In this document: piece after piece, positions 27,840 to 40,300 of the stretch
How the letters are laid out: every line of letters begins with the position of its first letter
How positions within the stretch are numbered: position 1 is the first letter of the stretch
From: Trichosphaerium sp. ATCC 40318
Taxonomy: Eukaryota; Protista; Tubulinea
Assembly (NCBI GenBank): GCA_038496445.1
Contig: JALMLS010000548.1
Span: 62,001 to 126,000, forward strand
Direction of reading: 5' to 3'
DNA: 64,000 nt
Notes under the pieces: model-generated
Databases searched by the model: none
What the model saw: only the letters and a program-made list of their open reading frames with translations
Told to the model about the DNA's origin: nothing
Translations under genes and position numbers: made by a program

Positions 27840-30405
27840 CTATTTATTACTACTCTGGTTTACCATTACTACAGTGCTAGTAGAACGGCCATTTTTCCTA
27901 GAAAAAGGAAAAACGGCTCTTCTCCAAGAGGGTTTTAAGAATATTGCAATGACTATCAAGACGGCAAGCTGCGTGTAGAGTGAGTAAAAAAAAGAGCCAT
28001 TAAGTGCATACTACTATTATGATTGCTGCTACAATTGCAAAGATAATTCCAAGTGAAGAATCAGCATTGTCTTGAGTACATCCTGATTGTACTTCAAACA
28101 GAATGTCTACTCTAGAGTAAAAAATGTAAGTCAAATCTGTTAAACTGTCGGACAAAAAAAAAAAGGGTGTACTTGGTAGTTTTTTGTTCTTGGATTGTGT
28201 TAACACAAGTTTTACTCCCTTTAATTGCGCTTATTGGACACTTTTTAGGAGATTCCACAACAATACATGAATATTCCATAGCGGTTATACTATTATTTAT
28301 CATGTGATCTACCTGAGTAACATCAACCTCAAAAGTACTTTCGCTTTTGAGAATAATACAGCCTATAATATTAATTAAGCTTTTTTGGGCATCAATTGTA
28401 TGTTTCAATGTTGTACCGTTTACTGTCATTCCTTTATTTCCCTTATGGAGTAATACAATGGTACCATTATTTGTAAAGTTGCCAAGAATCGTCACATCGT
28501 TTTGAATAATAAGAGTTCCTGTGTTTATTACATTGCCAAAGGTACATGATCCTGTATCACAATCCAAACAATCTTCAGTTGTACATATAACTACACAAGT
28601 GTGTAAGAGAATAATAGTAAATTGTTAGTGGTAACATATTACTTACTAGTGTTGTACTGTGTTGGACTCGCTAATGTTGGTATCGGAGATTCAGTAGTGG
28701 GAACGTCACCGCCGATTGTAACAGAACAAGGTGGTGTATCTGCTTCTAGAGCCTTATTAAAGAGCGTACTGTTGCAGCATAATGCTTGAGAAGAGCAAGA
28801 TATGCAGTCAGAGGCTGCTGTCACCATGTTATTACAAATACATCATGACTGAGTGCACGTACAGTTCATGTTACGGGCACACGACTCCCCGTTCGAAAAA
28901 GCCCTATTACAATCAAGGACGTTGTACAGATTGACAATACCACCTTGGTAATCACACGACATTCCTGTGTTCTTGGCTTCAAAATTTCGTTAACAAGTAC
29001 TTTTTTGCTCTAACACTTACGGACGTTTAATATGCTTCCACTAAACCACCATTAGGCTAATAATATGCTATTACTTAACTGTATCTCCCCGCCATTGTGT
29101 GCGTGGATGGCTGAATAATCCGTCCTAAGCCAAAGAGTGAATTATAAAAAATACAACAAAAAGTTGTACCTATCGCAATTAACTAAGTTTTTTATGGTTG
29201 AGTTTCTTAGTACTAGAAATGGAAGGGAGAAAATGACACAACCTTTTAGTAGTATTTAATAATGAAGATTTAACTTTATTGAGCGAACCTTGGTACATCG
29301 GGGCATAGAGTCCACGTTTTGAAAAACTTGGAACAATTTTGTTGAGTGAGAAGACTGAGTTTGTGATGGTTGCATCCACGCCTGCAAACCCAACGTATAT
29401 TGCACCTCCTTGTACTGTGCCTCTAGCTAAAGAAATAAAAATAAGAATTATACTTTTAAGAAGAGCACGTGCCATAGGTAATTACAGAGTTGTTCGCAAA
29501 GTAGCAATTAGAAATATCGATGGCCTAATTTTTTGGTAGCAGTTTTGATAGAAATTGACGAAGCATGTACCTGCGTTACGTTCTCTATATAAAGAGCACC
29601 ACCCCTCAGTGAAGAAATTCCATTAAAACTATCATCAACTAGGTTGTTCTCAAAACGACAGCTCGAAACAGTAACCATGTCAGAAATAGTTATTGTCAAA
29701 GCACCGGACGAGATAGGTGCGGACATTTCGGCTGTCATATGATTGTCCAAGAAACGTGTATCGTCAACGGTAACATTATTACTATCCATTAGCGTATTGA
29801 TTAGATTACCACCAAGATATAGTGAGCGTACCAGTTCATGAAAGCAAGAGGTCCATATTGGGTATTGGCTGCATAGCCAAAAAAAAAGCACGACCTTTAA
29901 CACGTGATTTTTTAGTCACAAAACAGCAGTATTTGGTAAGTTACCTTACAATTGCAGTAGAAAAATTTTTGAGCACTAGCTGGCAATTTTTGAATGTTAC
30001 GTTGTATACTTCAACCTTAAACTCTCCTTCGCTATTCAATGCGAGAGATTGAAGTCCCAGGGCTCCGTCGACTGTAGCGCGGTCGTTTATTCCTTAAAGT
30101 AGCCATTAGTTGAAAATCAATATTCGATATATTACGAATTTAATTACCGCTTCGTATCACGAGGTTTTTCCTCAGTACTACTAAGTTGCTCGTATTTGAT
30201 AAGGATAGATCGAAATCGCCAAGTATTATCTCGTCTACGTTTAAGGAAATATAACACCGTAGCCTATTTGAACATGCGTGCTGAGTGTCAGCGGTAACTG
30301 AAGCGAAAGGTTAGTTTTTTAGATCGCTACTTGTATTGTTATACCACTTTGACAACCAACAGTCGTGAAGCACGTCATAATGAAAAAAAAAGCGCCGAAA
30401 AACAT
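27840..30405 (-). CDS. Single-pass cell-surface protein with Chlamydia Pmp-like GGA[IL]/FxxN beta-helix repeats
   Basis: Signal peptide MFFGAFFFIMTCFTTVGC; repeats RGGALYI and QGGAIYV with FLDN/FENN/FANN/FSLN; Cys-rich stalk; TM SSLGIIFAIVAAIIIVV..LAVLIVIAIF; short tail ending ...NQSSNK*. Confidence 0.75.
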
Positions 30406-31344
30406 TGTTTGTTGTTGGATGATATGTGGTACCTCCGTACTTAGTACAAAGGCGACCCCGAAGACCAAAGTTGACCTCTTAAATTGAAATTGGATCTAAT
30501 TCTCGGTTAAGTACGTTGCCGTTCTTTTAGCTTCAAACTCTACAGTGCACATAGTACTTGCTGGCTGCTTTCTGGTGAAAATGTTTCTGATAGTCATGGC
30601 ACGTGATAGGCTAGGCTACTGAGTTCCAGACGTTGTTCCAATTGTTCTAATTTATGATCGCGTACAGTTTCTACACGAAACATTGAAAAAATTGGATAGA
30701 CAGGCATTCGAATTACTAACAATATGTTTATTAGTATGGTGAGTAAATAAAAATTCACAATTTCTACTTGCATTTCGGAGTGTATCAACAGCGATACTGG
30801 ACGTGTAATTACCACTTAAAGCAGTTAACACCTATGTCTATAACACTTGTGAAAGAGGTGTGACATCGACTCATACTACATTTATAGCAAAGGAATACAA
30901 AACAGCTTCTTTGCTGTGCCACCCAAGCTCCTAAAATTAGATGTTTGCAAAAAAGAAAAAGATATGCGTTGTTTGGTTCACGTAGTATGTCTCTTTGCCA
31001 AAACTGTCACCAAACACCGCTTTTCTACCTCTGAGAGCGCTTTAGTCGGAGTCACCTCCTACTTTCAAGGGTGTGAGTTTTTTTGAAAATGTTGTGTTGT
31101 GCTATGTTTAACTCGAAAAATACCACAATGATACATTTTGTTACTTTAAATACTTGCAATAGTATTAATACTAGATTATTGTCAATATTCAAATGACATA
31201 CTAAGTAGGTAGAGGAAACAAACTCATGGTCGTTGATAAAAATTTTAGTTTAAATAATTCACAAACACGAGCTGTACAAGGGTAACAAAAAAATTTTGGG
31301 GTTGGTTTTTTTTTTGTTCTCGAAAAAATCCAGAAGTATGTCAT

Positions 31345-34300
31345 CTACTTCTTTGTGATAGTAGATCCTGTCCTTCGTAATAGTTCTCTACATAAATATT
31401 AATTATACGTAAAACACATCATCAATCAAAATTATAATAAAAAATCGAAAAAATCACGTGCCTGAAGTCTCCAGAGGTCTTGGCTTCGTCCTCTTTCTTT
31501 TCTTTATTTGCACTTCGAAGTTTAACTGCGGCCGGATTGAATCCTCCGAATGGGTTCATACCCATTCCTCCACCGCCACCGCCACCACGTGATCCACGTG
31601 CAGCACGTAGTCTGGAACCAAATGATCCACCTGGTGGTAAATTAAGCTTCTTTTTTGGGCCAGCACGGTCATCTGACACAAGGTTGTGAAATTCTATTTA
31701 ACAAATAAGTATTATGGCTTGTACACAATTATCTATAAAGGTATTACCTGAAACAGACTTTGTAGGTAACGCCCTGGCTCCTCTTTGGTGTCCAGCGCGT
31801 TGAGATCTAAAGAAAGTAAGTTTGAGGTGTTTTTGTTGCTGAATAGTTTCTTGTCTTTTTAAAAAGTTGTTTTAAGGTACCTTCTAAGTAAGTAAGCATG
31901 ATCTCTGAGTAATGGTGCCTCGTCAATTCTAGATCCTCTTCGACCTCTTGTCTTTGTACCAATAATCTTCTTAGCTGCAACACCTCCTAGTACAATGTGA
32001 GATTACCAAACAAACACATCGTTTCATCAAAAACAAAACAAAAAAAAAAACTTACTGCGTCTAGTTGGTTGTGGTGGTCCGCTGCTTCCACCATCAGCTG
32101 AATCAAGCGCAGCGAAAAATTTAGTAGCACCAGAAAGAGCCTAATGGAACAAATAAGGTTCAACAACTAAGAAAAGAAATCGTACTTGTGCAATAGAAGC
32201 ATCCATTTCTCTTTCTGTTTCAGAATCTACTTCAGAACTCTTTGAAAGCTCTGAACGCTCTGAAAGTGTCTCACTATCGCTATCAGCAGCAAGAAGCTCT
32301 GATTCACGTTCTCTCTGCATCCTGAGCTGTTCTTTTTCTTGCCACTCATCACGTTCTCTGCGTTCTTTCTCCTACAAAAAAAATAAGCAAGGAAACAAGT
32401 TTCTTGTCTTTTCTTTGACGAAATCGATTCAGAGTGACGTACACGTTGAGCACGTAATCTCTCCTTTCGTAGTCTTTCTTGTTCCTTGATCTCATCTTGC
32501 TCTCTTTCGTACTCGGTACGTATTGTGGCTTGAGCATTCTGTGTTTTTTCTGAAATTGCATCCAGTTCTTTTTGTTTCTGTGCTTGCTCTCTTGCATAGG
32601 CGCCTTCTCGTTCCTTTCTTTCACGTTCTCGTAGTGCCATGAACTCTTGACGTTCACGTTCTTCAAGTTCCTTACGTGCTTTTTCTTCAGCAAGACGTTG
32701 GTCCTCGAGTTCTTTTTCACGTGCAAGCTTAGCAAGACGCTCACGCTCACGTTTTTCAGCAAGGTCACGTTTGAGCTTTTCTTCATCAGCCTTTTTCTTT
32801 GCAGCCCATCTAAACCAGCGTGTCAATAAATTCTATGTATATAGTGAGTAAGACATACCGTTTCCGACGTTCTTCTGCTTGTTGTTGCTTCAAACGTTTC
32901 TTCTCTTCTTCAGCTCTACAACAAAATTAAGAAACTTATGAGAAACAAATTATCGCTCAATCATACCTTCTTTCAGCAGCTGCAGCTTCCTCTTGTTGCT
33001 TCTTTTTCAAAGCCATACGTTGTCCAAAAGTCAACTTCTTCTTAGGTGCCGGAGCAGCTTCAACTGGTTTAGGCTCTTCTTTTGGTGCTACATCAATACG
33101 AAGAGGAGCAGGTTTTGCAACTTCCTTAACAACAGGTTTCGCTTCAACAACCTTTTCTGGTTCAGGTGTAGGCTCAGGGTCATCATCTGTAGCTAATCCC
33201 AAGCGTACTACTGTTGTTGATTGAACAGTATCAGAGATGGCTTGAAGCTCACGGTCTTTTTCTTCTTGCTCTCTTTCATAAGCCTCTTGAAGCTCACGAC
33301 GTTCTCGTTCTCTTAAGGCTTCAAACTGAGCACGTTCTCTCTCTTCCTGGGCTTTACGTTCGCGTTCTTCAGCAAGACGTTGTTCCTCAAGCTCTTTTTC
33401 AAGTGCAAGCTTAGCAAGACGCTCACGTTCACGTTTTTCAGCAAGGTCACGTTTGAGCTTTTCTTCATCTGCCTTTTTCTTCGCAGCCCATCTAAACATC
33501 CCGTAAGTAAAACAACTATTAGCATCACAGATTAATCTTACCGTTTTTTACGCTCTTCTGCTTGTTGTTGCTTCAAACGCTTCTTCTCTTCCTCTGCTCT
33601 ACGTAATTGTTTAATATTTTGAATCGTATACACGTGAAGATTATCATACCTTCTCTCAGCAGCTGCAGCTTCCTCTTGTTGCTTCTTTTTCAAAGCCATA
33701 CGTTGTCCGAAAGTCAACTTCTTCTTTGGAGCTGGAGCAGGTTCTGGTTCTGGTTCTGGTTTGGCTTCAACAACAGGTGCTGGTGTTGGCTCTGGTTCGG
33801 GTTCCTGAGGAGCTTGTACAGGCTCTGGTTCTGGTGTTGGCTCCACCTCGCCAGCAGTGGTAGATTGAACAGCATCAGAGATAGCAGCAAGTTCACGTTC
33901 TCGTTCTTCTTGAGCACGAATCTCAGCTTGACGAGCTTCTTCAATCTCTTTTTGACGAACTGCTTCGAATGCTTGTCGCTCACGCTCTTCTTGCTCAAGT
34001 CTAAGACGTTCAGTCTCTTCTTCTTGGCGTTTAAGTTCAGCAGCGATACGATCGCGCTCTTCTTGAGCCTTACGCTCTTTCTCAGCAGCTTCACGTTTGA
34101 TCTTTTCTTCTTGTTCTTTCTTCTTTGCAGCCCATCTAATTATTAAAAAGTTAATCTTTTTTACTTTTCGTTTTCAATAAAATCTACATACCTTCTTTTA
34201 CGCTCAGCTGCAGCTTCAGCTTTCTTTCTCTTGGCTTCTTCAGCTGCTCTAAGAAAACAATTAATAAATCACTGATGTCAGTAGGGAATTTGTGTACCTT

Positions 34301-37300
34301 CTTTCAGCGGCTGCAGCTTCCTCTTGTTGTTTCTTTTTCAAAGCCATACGTTGTCCGAAAGTCAACTTCTTCTTTGGAGCAGGTTCTGGTTCTGGCTCTG
34401 GTTTGGCTTCAACAACAGGCTCTGGTGTTGGCTCAGGTGTTGCCACTGGCTCTGGTTCTGGTTCTTTAGTGGCTTCAACAACAGGTGCGGATTCTTCGGC
34501 TGGTGGCGCAGTAGTCGATTGAACAGCATCAGAGATGGCAGCAAGTTCACGTTCACGTTCTTCTTGAGCACGAATCTCAGCTTGACGAGCTTCTTCAATC
34601 TCTTTTTGACGAACTGCTTCGAATGCTTGTCGCTCACGCTCTTCTTGCTCAAGTCTAAGACGTTCAGTCTCTTCTTCTTGGCGTTTAAGTTCAGCAGCGA
34701 TACGATCACGCTCTTCTTGAGCTTTGCGCTCTTTCTCAGCAGCTTCACGTTTGATCTTTTCTTCCTGTTCTTTCTTCTTTGCAGCCCATCTAAATACTAT
34801 GTCAAAACATTATCAGTATATATTTTCTGTACCGTTTCCGACGTTCTTCTGCTTGTTGTTGCTTCAAACGTTTCTTCTCTTCTTCAGCTCTACAACAAAA
34901 TTAAGAAACTTATGAGAAACAAATTATCGCTCAATCATACCTTCTCTCAGCAGCTGCAGCTTCCTCTTGTTGCTTCTTTTTCAAAGCCATACGTTGTCCG
35001 AAAGTCAACTTCTTCTTTGGTGCCGGTGCTGGCTCTGGTTTAGGTTCTGGCTTAACTTCTGCAACTGGTGCTGGCTCTGGTTTTGTTTCGACAACAGGTT
35101 CAGGTTTCGCTTCTACTACTGGTTCTGGTTTTGGTTCAGGTGTAGCTTCAACAACCTCTGCAAGTTCAGGTTTATCATCAACAGGGGTTGGAGTAGGTTC
35201 TACTGCTTGAACAGGTTCTTCAGCAGGCTCAGATACTGGTTCCGTGACTTCCCCAGCAGTGGTAGATTGAACCGCATTTGAAATAGCAGCAAGTTCGCGT
35301 TCACGTTCTTCTTGAGCACGAATCTCAGCTTGACGGGCTTCTTCGATTTCTCGTTGGCGAACAGCTTCGAACTCTTGTCGCTCACGCTCTTCTTGCTCAA
35401 GTCGAAGACGTTCAGTCTCTTCTTCTTGGCGTTTAAGTTCAGCAGCAACACGATCACGCTCTTCTTGAGCCTTACGTTCTTTCTCAGCAGCTTCACGTTT
35501 GATACGTTCTTCTTCCTCTTTTTGTTTTTGAGCCCACCTTCGTCGACGTTCTTCGGCCTTTTGTTGCCTCAATCGCTTTTTCTCTTCTTCAGCTCTAAAG
35601 TAAAATTAGAACAAAAAGGAAAGTATTTAAGAGTATCGTACCTTCTCTCAGCGGCTGCAGCTTCCTCTTGTTGCTTCTTTTTCAAAGCCATGCGTTGACC
35701 GAAAGTCAACTTCTTCTTTGGAGCTGGAGCTGGTTCTGGTTTTGTTTCAACAGGAGCAGGTGTTGGTTCAGGTTTAGGTTCTTCTTTAGCTTCCTCAACT
35801 GGAGCTGGCTCTGCTGCTACCTCAACAGGTTCAGGTGTAGGTTCGGGTTTCGTCTCTACTGGCTCAGGCTTAGTCTCCTCAACAGGTTGTGGAGTAGGCT
35901 CTGCTACAACAGGTTCTGGCTCAGAAGTGGCTTCAACAGGTTTAGCTGCCTCAGTCTCTTGTGGTTCATGTGATTCTGTTGCTTCGATGGATTGAGTTTC
36001 TTCAACAGGTTGTGGGGATGTAGATTGAACGGCATTTGAAATAGCTGCAAGTTCACGTTCACGTTCTTCTTGAGCACGAATTTCGGCTTGACGAGCTTCT
36101 TCAATTTCTCGTTGACGAACAGCTTCAAACTCTTGTCGCTCACGCTCTTCTTGCTCAAGTCTAAGACGCTCTATCTCTTCTTCTTGACGTTTAAGTTCAG
36201 CAGCAACGCGATCACGCTCTTCTTGAGCTTTACGTTCTTTCTCAGCAGCTTCACGTTTGATACGTTCTTCTTCTTCTTTTTGTTTTTGAGCCCATCTAGT
36301 ACAAAATTAGTAATTTCACCTTGTCAAAATAATAAAATCAGCAATACCTTCTTTTACGCTCAGCTGCAGCTTCAGCTTTCTTTCTCTTGGCTTCTTCTGC
36401 AGCTCTAAAATATAAATTAAAAAACTTCAAAAGTAGCACGTGAAGATTATTCATACCTTCTTTCAGCGGCTGCAGCTTCCTCTTGTTGTTTCTTTTTCAA
36501 AGCCATACGTTGTCCAAAAGTCAACTTCTTCTTTGGTGCTGGAGCTGGCTCTGGTTTTGTTTCAACAGGAGCAGGTTTAGGCTCTTCTTTAGCTTCCTCA
36601 ACTGGAGCTGGCTCTGGTTTAGGTTCTGGCTTAACTTCTGTAACTGGAGCAGGCTCTGGTTTTGCCTCAACAACAGGCGCAGGGTTCTCATCTTTAGCTA
36701 CCATAACTGGAGCTGGCTCTGGTGTTGCCTCAACAACAGGTGTCACATCTTCAGTTGCAGGTTTTGCTTCCTCTGGGTCAGGCTTAACCTCTTCAGGTTG
36801 TGGAGTAGGTTCTGTAGGTTTTTCTGGAGCTTGGGCTTCAACGGTTGGTTCAGTATTAGCCTCAACAAGAGCAGGTTCCTTTGTTGTTTCAGTAACATCT
36901 TTTTCATCGACAACTGCTTCCACTGATGGCTCTTCTGCTGTTGGTTCCTTTGGTTGAGGTTCAGGTTCAGAGACAGGTTCTGTGATTTCTGGTTCGTCTG
37001 ATACTTCTTGTGTAACAGCTTTAACTGGCTCGGATGGTGTTTCAAGAGGTTCAGTAGCAACGGGCTCTGTTTTCGCTTCAGCTGGTTTCGGATCCTCAGT
37101 AGAAACTGTTGAATCTGTAGCTGGAACTTGTTCAGGTTCTTCGACTGGCTCTGCTTCTGGTTCTTTAACGGGTTCTGGCACTTCCTCAGGTTCAGGCTCG
37201 TCCACCTTATCAGAAACAGTAGCGTCAGTTTTCTCAACTACGACTAATTCTACTTCCTTTGATGGAGCTACAGTTTGCTCAACACTGCAAGAGAAAACAA

Positions 37301-40300
37301 GTTAGAAACGATGTACCGAACTGTATGCTTCCGTACGGTTTATCATCTTCTTCATCTATATGTTCTGGTATGAATTCGACAACAGCATCCGTTTCAGCAA
37401 CAAAAGGTGCAGGTATAGCTTCATGTAATTCATGGTGATCGATTGTATCAAGTTCAACAATGACATCCAGTTCTAATGCATTTTCTTTAGATTCATGAGT
37501 TTCAGTTGGAAACTGTGGTGATTTGACAGCGTTAAAATACGCCACGTGTTGAACACTTGAAGGAGGTTCTTGGACTTCTTGAGTACCTTGAGCAATAGGT
37601 TCTTCAGCTTTCTCAACAGGTTTTGGCTCTTCAATTGGTGTTGCTTCTTCAACAGCCTCAGTTTCTACTGTAGTTGTTTTAGGTTCATGACTTTCAACTG
37701 GGAACTTAGGCGATTTGATAGCGTCATAGTACGCCACATGTTGAACACTTGAAGGAGGTTCTTTAACTTCTTGGGTACCTTGTGTAGGTTCCGTAGTTTT
37801 TTCAACAGTTTGAGGTGCTTCAACGACTTCTTCCTTAGTTGATTGTTCTACCGGCGCTTTAAGTTCGTGAGTTTCAGTCGGGAACTTTGGTGATTTGACA
37901 GCGTTGAAATACGCTACATGTTGCACGCTTGAAGGAGGTTCTTGAATCTCTTGAGTACCTGGAACAACTGGTTCTTGGGTTTCTTCAGCTTGTGCTTCAG
38001 TTGGTTTCTCAACAGGTTTTGGCTCTTCAATTGGTGTCGCTTCTTCAACAGCCTTGGTTTCTAATGCAATTGTTTTAGATTCATGTAATTCTAATGGGAA
38101 CTTTGGCGATTTGATAGCGTTGTAGTATGACACGTGCTGAACTGTTGAAGGTGGTTCTTGAATTTCTTGAGTACCTTGAACAATAGGTTCTTCAACTTCT
38201 TCACTAGGCTTTGTAGCTTCAACAGTTGTTTCTACTGGAGTCGGTTTAGGTTCATGCGATTCTGTTGGGAATTTTGGTGATTTGATGGCGTTGAAGTATG
38301 CCACGTGTTGAACCGTAGATGGAGGTTGGTCAAGATTGCTGGTACCTTCTGCTTCTTTGATTGGTTCTTCTGTAACCGATGGTTCAGTGGCTTCTTGTTT
38401 ATCTGCAACGGGTTCGGCAATAGCTGTTTCTTGTTCTACAGGTACTGATTTAATTTCGTGCGTTTCATCAAAGAACTTTGGAGATTTGATTGCGTTGTAG
38501 AATAAGATGTGTTGAACACTTGAAGGTGGAACTGGTTTTGTTGTTTGAACTTCGTTGGTACCTTTTTCAGGTTGTTCTTGAGATACAACTGGTGCAAGTG
38601 GTTCTGAGACAACTTCTTCTTGTTGAGGTTCTATTGCAACAGATTTAGGTTCTTCATGACTTTCAACTGGGAACTTTGGAGATTTTGTTGCGTTGTAGAA
38701 TAGAACGTGTTGAACTGTTGAAGGTGGCAGCGCTTGAGCTTGAGGAGTACCTTGAACAGGTTCTTCGGATGCCTTCTCAACAGGTTGAGCTTCTTCCGAT
38801 ACAACATCTTCAACGACTGGTTCTACAGGAATAGCCTGAGGTTCAGCAGATTCTACTGGCGCTGGAGGTTCGTGAGTTTCGGTTGGGAACTTTGGAGATT
38901 TGATAGCATTGAAGTACGCCACGTGCTGGACGTTCGAGATAGGTTCACCTATTTGAGTACCTTGAACAGGTTCTTGAGATTTTTCCACTGGTACTACAGT
39001 TTCTTCTTTCTCTGGTTCTAATGGAGTTGATTTAGGTTCATGCATTTCAGCTGGAAATTGTGGTGATTTGACAGCGTTGAAGTACACCACGTGTTGAACG
39101 CTTGAAGGAGGTTCTTGAATTTCTTGAGTACCTTGAGCAGTAGGTTCTGAAACTTTTTCAACAGGTTTCGTTGCTTCTACAGGCGCAGCTTCTTTGGCAA
39201 CAATCGCGACGTCGGTTTCTACTGGACTCGGTTTAGGTTCATGAGTTTCAGATGGGAACTTTGGCGATTTGACTGCGTTGAAGTACGCCACGTGTTGAAC
39301 GCTTGATGGAGGCACTTGAATCTCTTGAGTACCTTGTGAAGGCTCTTCAAACTTTTCAGTAGGTCGTGGTGATTCTTCAACTGGCTCTTGAACAACTTCT
39401 TGTTTTTCTGCAGGTTGTATTGGCGCTTGAAGTTCGTGAGTTTCTGTTGGAAACCGTGGTGATTTGATAGCGGCATAGTACGCCACGTGTTGGACATTCG
39501 AAAGCGGTTCGCGTATTTGAGTACCTTGCGAAGCCTCTTGATCTTTCTCATCAACTACTATTTCTTCCTTCTTTGATTGTTGTTCTACTGGAGCTGAGTT
39601 AGCTTCATGGGCATCAGATGGAAATTGAGGTGATTTAGTTGTGTCGCAATAAGAAATATGCTGAACACTTGAAAATGGCTTTGGCGGTTGAGTTTCGTTT
39701 GTACCTTGAACAACAGGTTCTTCAGCCTTTTCTACAGGTTTTGGCTCTTCGATTGGTGTTGCTTCTTTAACAGCCTCAGTTTCTACTGTAGTTGTTTTAG
39801 GTTCATGCGATTCGGTTGGGAACTTTGGCGATTTGACAGCGTTGTAGTATGCCACGTGCTGAACACTTGATGGTGGTGCTTGAATTTCTTGAGTACCTTG
39901 ATTGCTCGAGGTAACCTCTTTAGGTTCAATACTTGGTACGTCTTTAGCAATCGGTTCAGAAACTTCGCCTGTCGCCTTTTCTTCAGTTGATAATGGTTCA
40001 ACCTTATGAACTTCTGTAGGGAACTTTGGCGCCTTTACTGTGTTATAATATGCCACATGTTGAACGCTTGAAAATTGTGTTTCTTTAGGCTGAGATTCAG
40101 CTTTTTCAGCTTCATTCAAATGTAAATTATCAGCAGTTTCTACCTTGTTCTCTGGAACAGCCTAATCGAAGATTTTAGAGAGAGCAGAAAAGAAAGAAAA
40201 AAATAGGAAACAATGTATTGTTAAGTGGGAGTACCTTCTCAGGATTTGATGCTTCTGGTACAGTTGTGCTTTGAACTTCTGTTGGGAATTTAGGCGAGGT

